A DNA stretch of 64,000 nucleotides from Tubiluchus corallicola (Eukaryota > Animalia > Priapulida), in contig JAQGDQ010001067.1 in assembly GCA_030141605.1 (NCBI GenBank), positions 1-64,000 on the forward strand, in the 5' to 3' direction. The notes under the pieces are model-generated. The model worked only from the letters and a program-made list of their open reading frames with translations, was not told where the DNA came from and made no database searches. Positions 51,202-63,200 of the stretch are shown here, one piece after another (the stretch's first letter is position 1; every line of letters begins with the position of its first letter). The position numbers and the translations under genes were made by a program.

Positions 51202-54200
51202 CATCATTATCATCATCATCATCATTATCATTATTATTATTGTGTTACTAAAGTACTGTTACGTTTAAGCTGCATCAAAATAAGAACTTGTAGTTTTTCT
51301 GCAAAAGGCCTACACTATTTATTTCTCAATGTTTCAGTATACAAGTTGGGATTGTAAACGACTGACTACGTGGGTTTTATGAGTCATACTCAATTACGTG
51401 TTGTACGATAATGAAACGTTTCGTTTTAAATTCATAAATAGTTTGATAAGTTGTAGATGTGCAGCTTCTTTAACTACGATTTGTTGTAATACCTGTGATG
51501 TACCGGGCGAAGCTATCTAGTTTTTTGCCCTCAAACAGCTTTTGTAACGCAGGTTTTTAGTTTTTCTTATATTTAAGCATTTTAGCTTATTAAACAAGTC
51601 ACAAGTGGAGTGACGTGTATTACAAGCCAGGCGTAAGCAGTGTGAATCGTAAAGCACTTAGGAATGCTGAAAGCCAGAACATTGATTGACAGCTGGTTGA
51701 TGTTTCTTATTTGAGCAGGGAATGCTGAGATTTAGTTCAATGTACAGCACTGACATATTTTAAACTGTGGAAGACGGCTTTTCCTTGAACTGGATAAAAT
51801 CTCTACTCGCCGCTTATTAAAGCTTTTACTGCCACACGAGCAAATAACATTCGCAAGGCAGTACACCACTAAACATAAGAAAAATTCGTGTAATCACTTA
51901 GAAATTTTTGTTGATCATTTTAAATCACTGTTTTGTGTAAAAATTTGCATAGGGAAGATTATCGCGTCATAACGGAGAAAAGTCACTATTTTGGCTAGGA
52001 AAAAAGTCAGTTAGTTCTGGTGGGGTTAAAATTAGTATTAGGGTTAAAGTTAGGGTTGGGGTTAGAGTTGTTTCTTTTTTTCCTGTGCCTTTTTTCCGGT
52101 GACTTTTTTAACTGTGGCTTTTCTACCTGGATTCAATTATGTGTGGTAATTGCAAGCTGTGATAGTAAGTTCGCAATAAATGCTCCAGGTTCATTATTAG
52201 ACGCCGCTTTAAAAAAGCAAAAGGTTCAATCCGTGAACTCTTAGCCTATAGTCTTCACATCAGTATAGTCAGCTGATAAACTTTATATCTACTGTATTTC
52301 ACCTCGTGACAGCAGTGACGTGAGTGAATACACGTTCTTAACAATATCCCTTACTGTTTGGTATGGCGCTACCACGCTGGGTGATCGCTATGCTCTTGAC
52401 CAAATTGTTAAATCCGCCGCAAAAATTGTAGCAATTCAACAGCAATCTATGGCATATTCGTATGAAACTCGGGTCATAAAGAGAGCGCAAGTTATCATGA
52501 AAGATGAATTCCATTCACGTAATAAATACTTTGAAATGCCCCCTCTGGTCTTAGATGCCGCTCAATTAACACTAAAGCACAAGAAAAGTCTTTCTATCCT
52601 GTTGCAATTCGCACCATCAACAGTTAATTTCAGTAATCTCCAATACTAATTTTCTATGTCACTGTACAACTGATTAAATTATTTGTGTTACTCTCCTCTT
52701 TGTTTCTATAAGTTATTGTAGTACGTAAAACCACACAAATTTCATTGTATGTATTATGCTATAGGTTTTACATGTCAAATGTAGACACAGGAAAGTTCAA
52801 ATGTGACTTAGGTAAGTCAAATGTAGACATAGGAATTTGGAATGAGTTTTGGTAACTCAAATATGACTTAGGTAAGTCAAATGTAGACATAAGAATTTCG
52901 AATGTGTTTTGGTAACTCAAATGTGACTTAGGTAAGTCAAATGTAGACTTAGCAATTTTCAATGTGTTTTGGTAACTCAAATGTGACTTAGGTAAGTCAA
53001 GTGTAGATGCAATGAACGTTAAGAATGTAGTGGCATTGGTTCCCACTTCCCAATGAACAGTGAATCACTAATTAGTTTTTCAAGTAATGCATTAGCACTG
53101 CATTAATGAATTAGTTTCTCTCAAGAAACATTGTTTATTTTAAGAATGTATTGTTTTCTCTAACAGTTCCAATGGTATGTAAAGTTTGCAGAATATTAGT
53201 GGACTATTAGTAGGCCTATAACGTTGTTACTTTAAATTATGAGCAATTATTAAATTGAAATTAAAGAAGATTAAATTTAACATCGTTAAACTGTAACACT
53301 TATCCACATTTGAGATACCAATGTCACATTTGACTTGACATGTGTCTACATTTGACTTACCAAAAACGCTCAAGATTTGTTGAAAACCATTGTTAACACA
53401 TTTGAACTACCTAAGTCTACATTTGAGTTACCAAGACACATTTGAATTACCTAAATCTACATTTGAGTTAACGCAGGTCTACATTTGACATGTAAAACCT
53501 ATATAATAACAATAAATTGCTAGCTTGCTTGCTTAGTCAATACAAAATTATATGAGTTAGCGCAAAACTTGAAACCAACCAGCGTCAGTTAACTTATATT
53601 ACCAGGCGGCCGTGTATTGACTTTGACCTTCCTTGAGTGCTAGTTCAAGGTCAAAATGTCTATTCGCTCCAACTCAAAAACTATATGGAATATGGCAACT
53701 AAACTTAAGTGACGTATATTCATATAGTGCCAAGTGGATACAGGTTTTAATGTAATAGTCAGTGACCTTTTAGGAAAGGTCAGCGTCGAACGTTATTTCA
53801 CTAAGATCAAGTGACCTGTGGCCCATGAGCATGCTTCCTCTTTGCTTCCTCTCTAGTGAATAAACGAATGAATAAGGTAAGTGAACAACTGATTCAACCA
53901 GGTAATTAAACCGCCAACGGATAACTAAAGAAGTTCATCAGCCAACCAGCTAACAAACGAAAAAGTAAACGAATAGATGAGCAAATAAAGGGAGAAGGAA
54001 AGCAAAAACCAGATTACCAGTCAATCCAAGAACAAATAAAGATAGAAGTTTAGCTGGGCGCCTGTGAATCCAGGAAGAGCTAACGTAGACGAAAATCTGC
54101 AACACATTATTTAATTTTATACGTCGATAATTCTCATTTTCTTATGAAACATATCACTTTTAAGTTTATTTCAATTCATCAGGTTAATCATATTTATAAG

Positions 54201-57200
54201 TAAAACTAGCACACGTTAGTTTGCTTGAAAGTGACATGTGTTACATGTACATTATACTGTAAGTGAGGTAGCATATGCTATTACAGTGAGCATGGGTGAT
54301 TAATTAGGTCTACTGATCTGTTTACTTAATTGAATTTCTCTACACGTATAGTTGTAGTTTAATTTTTAATGTCTTTGTTACTATTTGTACAGTTTCGACA
54401 TTAATTCTCGAGAGACTTTATCAGCTAATATCTCTTGACTACGTTTCTTACAGCAAACTTCGTCTGCCCATTTAAAAAGTAAATTTTTTTCTAGTCAGTA
54501 AAAGACCTTTTGGCATTTTGGACAGTGGCTTGCGTTTAAACCTTCTTAACTTGTGTGTTAAGACGGCAAAGAATGATGAGCATGGTTTTTTGACTGTAGT
54601 CGCACTACATGTATTGTTTTGTTGATCAGTGCTGTAGTATTGTATAATGTTAACATAGACATAGACATTTTTTATTTATCTCCTCATTTACATCAGAATA
54701 CAAATAGGCTGTAATTGCTATAATTAATAGTTAATCAGGATAAATATTGCATAAAGGAAACAGTTAATGGGTGTAGGAGAAAGGGTAGCGAAAGACCATT
54801 TGGTCATCAAGTCAGCTACCCTTCTCAGGTTAGTGTAAATTGTAAAAAAAAATTTGTAGCGCTGCTAATTATACGATGTAATATAATTATGAAAACAGGA
54901 TAAAAAATCAACTGTTAATGTAAATCTATAGGGGAAGAAGTTAAACTTTAAATGGATTATGCAACAGTAAAGCATTATGATAAAATGAAAAATATGCAAT
55001 GACGACCAGCCAAATATGTAAAGCATATAACTAACTGATTAGAGTCATTAACAGTTTTGCATTTCACAGTATTCACCCCTTGCATTTTTTTTCTGTGATA
55101 GATAATGTTATGTCTTATATCATTAAAGTCTTAAAAGAATCTTGTGATGCATAAGATCAAGGTAAATAGTTTCATTGTTGATCTCGTTTCATCCTGAGAG
55201 TGTGTGACTAAGACAAACTTGTTCTTTCTGATGCAATTTGAACAAACATTTGCAAGACAACGTGCGTGAATGCAGGTCTAGTGGCTGTGTTCTAAGCTAA
55301 CTGGACTAAAGTGGATTTCTTTTTCTTTTTATGGGACAGAAACTTGGTTTTCCAGTGTTCATTTGAGATTTTTGTAATGTGTCTAGGCAGATGATTTGGC
55401 CCATTTCACACAAGCAGATGGCAACTCGTGTTTACAAACAACTTATTTATTTTCCCTACCTTGTCACTTGCAAATTAGGTTGAAATTTCTGACATAACGG
55501 TAAGAGACTACTAAGAATCATAATTATAAGTTGTAATCTAGAATAATACGAAGTGATTAGTGTCTCATATCAACTGGTAGAGAATAAATGTTGTTTTTTT
55601 TCTAGATTATATATCAGTATATTCAGCCTTGCGGTTTCTCTGGGCGCTTTGCTGCTGCTACCTTTCTCGATCATCAGCAATGAAGTGTTGCTGCGATATC
55701 CAAACAGCTATTATGTGCAGTGGCTGAATAGTTCTCTCATACATGGTAATTAATAGTAGAGTTTGTACTACAAATATTCGTTTCATAATAATCACTTTGC
55801 CAGTATAGTTTTATAGTGCAACCCTGTTCTCACTTAATGGGCACATCCCAACATGATTAACACTGATTACCTGCACTGCTGCATTTACAATAGCTCCATT
55901 ACATTTACATTTACACAATCACAAAATTACATTTGTGATTTAGCAATATTCTGACCCACTTGATTTTCCGTTGAAAAATGACACTGCTCCATTCGAATTT
56001 ACAATTAAAACGGTAGTTGTAAATTAGCCCCACAAAATTCACGCTGTATGTTATAACTTTTTTGTTAAAATTCCCTTGTGGTTCAGACATCTTTATTCAT
56101 TTCTTTGTTTTTACTTTGGCTGAGATTTGGCATATTGTTAATATTTTGGGTTATAAATATAGGTAATTCAGTTTGATAAATAACGCACCATATCAACAAA
56201 TTTTGTAACACTTTTAATAAAAAGAATCAACATTTCCACTGCACCCTGGCAGTCATCTTTCGGTGGATTATTTGTCAAACCGATGCCATTCTTGTTATTA
56301 AGAATTTGAAAAAACATAAAATTTAGATAGGCATAATCCAATATTTGGCAATATAAAATCTTGTATAACTGTAATGTGAGAATTCATTCAAAACATTAAA
56401 TGTACATGGATAACTTTTAAGGTTTTTTTTTCGTGTGAATTGTGTATGTTATCTCACTGTAATTCCTTTCTCAGACTTCTTATTAGTTTTTTGCAGTTTG
56501 AACTCAAAAGATTTTGGTCCTTGCTCAGTGTGAATCTAGTAACAGTCAAAGTTGTCTCGCATTGCAACAAGTAAACAGATATTTCTTCATATATTATTCA
56601 CAGCAATCAGCAATGCCATTAAGCAATTAAAGTTATTATTGTATGTGTACATGCTAATGTTATTCTAATCTGATTTCAGGACTATGGAATCTGGTGTTTT
56701 TATTCTCTAATCTGTGCCTCTTTATCCTGCTGCCATTCGCTTACTTTTTTACGGAATCCGAGGGATTTACTGGTTCTAAAAAGGTGAGGTAATATTGCTG
56801 TAGTTGATGGCTTAAAAATATTATCAAAAAGCAATAGTATGCAAATATATTTGTATAGTGGATTTTACCACGTGTTGTGATATGAGTTACCTTTTCATTA
56901 TCGTATCGTGATTAATTGTGAGGCCTTTTGGTTTTTGAACATATTTCTGCGCAGAGACGTCTTTTTTCACTAATTCATCCTTTGCTGTGGTATATACTAC
57001 TGTTCTTTTTTAGGGCATCATGGCAAGGATATATGAAACATTTGTCGTCTTGCTACTTCTTGCTGTCGTTGTGCTAGGAATTGCCTTTGTGGCATCGGCT
57101 TTGTTTGACCAAGACCGATGGACAAAGCAGTCTTTATTTAGTAAGTAATATAACTGTGAATGTAATTTTTTCTAGCACTCAAAATATAGTGAATAATGCT

Positions 57201-60200
57201 GAACGTGTTTATCATAAGTGAATTTTTGTAGTGTATACACTTTAGTAATAATGCATCGTGTAAAATGTATTATGTTAAGGCACCCAAGTTTTTAATTTGT
57301 CAAGCATAGTCCTAGTAAAATTAAAATGTTCACAAATTATTTTGTATTTCTGATACCATTAATTAGTGATGTGACCAATTAATCGATTACTTGTATAACC
57401 ATTTGGGATTTTATTTCTGACCTTTTTATGAACAGGACAATGCATTCGTAAATGTCCATTGTAAATGTTTTTCATATTGAACTTTTCCACTTGTTTTTCA
57501 GATATATGGAATTATTACTTACCGTGGCTTTATTCTTGCATTTCTCTGCTTGGTGTGCTAATGTTGTTAAGTAAGTGTATTGTATAAGTGCTACTAGTAT
57601 AAAAGTGTAAGTCTAAAATGCTGATTTCAGCAATTTGTCTATCATACATTTAACCATTTTTCCTTTAGTTGAAATTGAAGGTTTTTTGGATTATTGCATT
57701 GAAATGTTTTTAAATATTTCATGTACTTTGTTTTTTTTACCTTTTGACAAACAATGTTAAAATGTCAGGCTGTGTACTGTAGATGTAAACATGTACTGCT
57801 GAGAATTTATAGTGCTTGTAATAGATGCTCTGATGCCTTCTTGCTTGCAGTTTGCACACCAGTTGGATTTGCCAGGTTGTTTACAGTTGTTGGTGATCTA
57901 GTAGTCAAACCACAGGTACACAGCTTAATCACATTAGTAGAATTAAGCATGTGTGTCATGCATAATTAGTTACAGCATCTCTTAAATTATTAAGCAAGAT
58001 TTCCATGTTTTTGACCCCAACTAATGAATATTACTATTAAAGTTAATAGGTGAAAGTTTCATTATTTGCCATTTAAACCTATGTTAGCTAAACGTTTAAT
58101 TGACATTGCACCTGGCGGCATTGATTTCTGCCAATGATTAGTAATACAATGTTCTTCCATTTTTATGAGAGCGATGGGCTGTGAGCAAGCTGACTGATGG
58201 CACAAACCCGTTTACCTTTCCAGCACGTTTTAACAAAATAATTTTACTTTTTTGTTAGGTTTTCGGTAAAGTAACAAATGTAGTACTTGAAACGACTGAA
58301 ATTAAGTAATGTAATAAGAAATGATTTTTCTTGCACAGTTCATGACTCACATTGAAGAAGAGCTTCATGTTGCTTGCTGGGAAGAAGAGAATTTACGTCG
58401 TAAGATTGCTGAGAGCAGTCAACAACATCAGGTCCTAGATCGACGAAAAAATGGTTTGGGTACAGAAGTGGAAACCGACTTACAAGTTAGGCTTCGACAA
58501 GCAATTGCTGCAAGGGAATCTATAGGTATGGCTTCACTTTTTCTATGTCTAATGTTTGGTATTTTTTCTGGTTAAAGTTTCTACACTGATTATTTATCAG
58601 TCTGTAGCTAGTGTATCTTAATCTGCCTGTTGACACTCCTTGACAACCGTGATTGTGCTGTCTTCTTCTGTCAAATGTGTCACTATTTTATTCTGTCTAA
58701 TATGCCACTGTTTTATTCTGTCTAATATGCCACTGTTTTATTTTGTCAATTGTGTCACTGTCTTCTTCTATCAAATGTGTCACTGTTTTATTCTGTCAAA
58801 TGTGTCGCTGTCTTCTTCTGTCAAATGTGTCACTGTCTTCTTCTGTCAAATGTGTCGCTATTTTGTTCTGTCAAATGTGTCACTGTTTTATTCTGTCAAA
58901 TGTGTCACTGTTTTATTCTGTCATATGTGTCACTGTTTTATTTTGTCAATTGTGTCACTGTCTTCTTTTGTCAAATGTGTCACTGTTTTATTCTGTCAAA
59001 TGTGTCGCTGTCTTCTTCTGTCAAATGTGTCGCTGTCTTCTTCTGTCAAATGTGTCGCTGTCTTCTTCTGTCAAATGTGTCGCTATTTTGTTCTGTCAAA
59101 TGTGTCACTGTTTTATTCTGTCTAATATGTCACTGTTTTATTTTGTCACTTGTGTCACTGTCTTTTTCTGTCTAATATGTCACTGTTTTATTTTGTCAAA
59201 TATGTCACTGTTTTCTTCTGTCAAATGTGTCCCTGTTTTATTCTGTCAAGTGTGTCACTATTTTATTATGTCTAATGTGTCGTAGTCTTCTGTCAAATGT
59301 GTCACTATTTTGTTCTGTCAAATGTGTCACTGTTTTATTCTGTCAAATGTGTCACTGTTTTATTCTGTCAAATGTGTCACTGTTTTATTCTGTCAGATGT
59401 GTCACTGTTTTATTGTAAGTCTTTGTCACATTCTTTGTCTAGGACTTTGTCACTCTTTCTGCATATTATGTTGTTATTCTTTCTTGTCTAGTATTTTTCC
59501 ATTGTCACTGCCCGTTTCATCCATTTTCTAAAACTGCCTGATGTTCATCACATTGCTGTCTAGCATTCATTCCTCTGCTCATTTAATGCCTTCTTTGATT
59601 TTTAGGTGTTTTCACCACATCTTTCTTTGTACTATATAAATAGTATAAATTGTATAATTCATTTGATCCATTATCACTAATACCAAGAACATGTTTTACA
59701 AAAGGAATCAAAAAGAGAAAAATTCATTATAATTGTGATAAATCTCTTTCTAAACAGGTTCTCTTAATTTTCGTAATTATGAAAACACAAAAACTTAAAG
59801 CCACCTCTTTGTACGTAATTACGGTATTAAAAAGAATGTTATTTTATTAGAATTTTTGATAGTATCTGGTGAAGGAGTGATGAAAGACTTCTTTTTCAAC
59901 GTTAGAAAATTTGAAACATTAGATATTATTGCAAAACTGTTATTGATTAAACCTTCCCACAAATAGAGTTTGTGGTATGTGTTACCAATATGATTTGGAT
60001 AAATAGTCAAAGATAACACAAAACAACTTTAGTATGCAGTATTGCAATGAAAAAAGATAATATACGAGGCTATTTTGTTTCACTTTTAATTTCAGAGCGA
60101 AGGCATAAAACGTCGCCTTGGAGACGCAATTTAGGATATCCTCTAACTATGCTACTTTTACTTGCTCTGACGGTACGGTAGAAAGAGTTATTATTTTTTG

Positions 60201-63200
60201 TTTAATGCTTAATATTATTGTGTACCTTATCAAAGTCTTACATCATTTGTTGATTTCACAGTGTAGTCATTGTAGTGATGAAGCTGACCGGATCTTGTTT
60301 GAGGAAATTTATATAAAAAAATTAGTACTAGTAATGACATGGCATAATGTTGTGTTCCATATTGTATAAACACGAGAAGTACGCTATGTCCTGCATTGTC
60401 CATGAAACAAAGGGCCAGTTTTAATTTATGGTTCAGCTTGTTTAAAAATAGTTCCATAGTTTCTGTAACTTTATTGCCTTTTATTTTCAGGCTATAGCTG
60501 TGGTGATGGTAACTTTACATTCCATAAAATTACTCGTAGATGATAAAGCTTTACCAGGTGTTACAAAGGTACGTTTTACTAACTTTAAAATACGGCGACA
60601 TACTAACTTTCAAAATTATGCTAACTGGTATAAAATAATGTAGAGAATAAGCAGTCTAAAATATCAGCTTATTTTATTTCAGCTTGTTGTTCACATTGTG
60701 TGACTTACTATTAATCTAGTATGTTACTTAAAATATAACTTGATGAATTACAGATCTGTGCACATCATGCAAAGGTCAAAATTTCTGTTATTTTTTAGCA
60801 TGTAAATATTGGACACGCTTCCTTGTCGACTTTTGGACCAGTCGGTGCTGCCATAGAAATTGCTTTAATTTTGTATCTTTTGGGTGACTATTACTATTGC
60901 TATTTTTTCATGTTACAGTCCTCTGTATTTCCTAGTAACCATTTGTATTCCGTATCTAAGCATGGCAGCATTTTAATTACTGTAGGAAGCAGTGGAGTAC
61001 TTACATAAGTCTCCAGACTAAAAAACTTTGTGAGAAGAAGATCGGGCTAAACGTTTTTCCAAATAGAACTTCGCAAATTGAAACCATAGAAGAATCTGAT
61101 AGTAGATCATAAAAATATTTCTTTGCAAAAGAAGTAGATTAAAAAAATTACTTGAAGTGAAAACAAGTAGATTAAAAAATTGCTTGAAGTGAGACATAAC
61201 TACAGAGTGGTGAAAAGAAAGGACTAAAAGTCCAGTTTAATCTTATATTGCACATCTTTGCTTATTAGCGTAAAAACTTTTCTTGCTGACATTCAGAAAG
61301 TTTTTTGAAAAGTGAAAACTTGTTTATTCATGTTAAAACTCTTAAATAATTCTTTCAAAAGTGGATTGGTTTTTAGAAAATATTTATAAAAATTCTAGCA
61401 TTTCAATAATACATATGGCATTGCTAAAAGGCTTGTAAAGGAGGACTAACATTTGTAGTCTAATGTTATAGTTGAATCTTAAAATCTAAAAAAAGACTTC
61501 TAGCTCCCTCTGTTGCTGCCTTGTACAAGTACTTCCACCGAAACGGATATTTACATTGAATCAACAATCTTTCCGGTTTGAAAATTATAATTGTTGTACC
61601 TTTTTTCTATTTCCTTGACCATTTTCTTCAGATATTTTATATTAGCATCTATAGTAGGTTTCTACAGTTTGCCACTTGTGAAGAAGTTACGACCTAAAAA
61701 GCAGGATACCTCAATGACTATTGTGATTGGCAACTGCATAGTGTGGCTCGTTCTCAGTTCAGCCCTACCTGTGCTTGCTCGGACGTTAGGTGAGTCTTGT
61801 TTTTCGTATGGCCTCATTTTTGTAAATAACCTGATGCCAGTGTCTTTCTAATGTAACTTTGCAGTTAAACCCTATAATGTCAAGCCTGGGACACTTAAAT
61901 TTTGCACCAGAGGTGTGTTGAATTTGAGGCAATGTTTACCAAATATCAATAGTTAGACGCCATTAGCAATGGTTTTGCTATGTTGCATAGATGGATTTAT
62001 AGGCTTTTACCCTGCAAAACATCATCCTCGAACAAAATGTAGAGTCTAACTGAAAGAAGCAGTCACTGCAACTCATAAAATGATAACAATTAACTATTAG
62101 TTGCCCTCCACTACTATTAATAAGCCTCGTATGCTATTAATGTGCAGAATTTGTTTTTTTATAAAGTTATAAGTTCTGTTTTTTCTGGAATTTTGCAGCA
62201 CATTATAGGATTTTTTTTGTGTTTATTGAGCATCGAGGAATAATAGTTACATTTGTGGAAAAGTATGTACAAAGTATTGGAATTTAATTTAAAACTCTGA
62301 AGTTTGAATAAAATGAGAACGGACAATACAAAATTTCAGTTTCGTGATTTTCTATCAAAAAATTACAGAATGTCCCTGTCCTCTCTATCAAGAAATTACA
62401 GAATGCACCTTAGCCTATTGTTGTTTCGGCACTCATTTTTATCGCTTAATTATTACTTTATTACTTTACGTATTTTTATGTATTAGATAATTGCTCGATA
62501 GTTCAGTATGTTATAGTGACAGGTTTTGCGCTCCACTGTTCTGTACAAAGTGTTTTTGTAGAGCATTGCTAAAATCTTGGAATTTTGTTTGTTCAAACAA
62601 GGAAAATTGCTGCTAGTTGATATAACTTAATTTTTCAATTTTTTTTTAATTCATACTTCTTTAGATTCACTGGCCCTTTTTTAATGTTAACTTGAATTGA
62701 ATCTTTTTGAGAACAGACTATTATGCAAATTTTGTATGGCACTGTTAATTACAATTAGTATTCTATGGAGCCTAACAACAATTAAATAAAAGCGTCAGCA
62801 TTATAATTAAAACCTAAACAAATCACAGTGAAACCCAGCACAACATGAAATTAACGAACTTAGTTCGAAAATGCTAAAATGAACAAGGAAGTTTTACAGA
62901 TCTTTTTCAGTAGCTTGCCCTAGAGAATGGTACAAACTACCACTTAATTTGTGCTGTTGCACTTAATTTGACATTTGAATTTTAAGGAACATTCTAACAA
63001 AAATTTGTTCTTATTGTTTTCGAGTGAATTTTCCAACTAAGCTACATATTTCTCTGTTTGATACTTAGAAATACAACTTCTGTTGATTAACTTTGACATA
63101 ATCTTGATAGGGAAAAATTTGATATAAGGAATATGAGAATTGGCAAGGTTACTATGAAGGTAAATATCTGATAAATACTACACTGTGAGATATGAAATTA

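Noticed and set aside
50842-51268. Poly-Ile/Leu/Asn ORFs
   Set aside because: Microsatellite translations.
52020-52066. Telomere or interstitial telomeric array
   Set aside because: Only a few degenerate TTAGGG units embedded in a small repeat element.
54781-54823. Possible hammerhead ribozyme (CTGA and GAAA near hairpins)
   Set aside because: CTGA and GAAA lie on opposite strands and there is no CUGANGA core with three stems; better read as a LINE 3' stem-loop.
58640-59531. Several overlapping Cys/Val/Phe-rich ORFs
   Set aside because: 25-bp minisatellite that is open in multiple frames.
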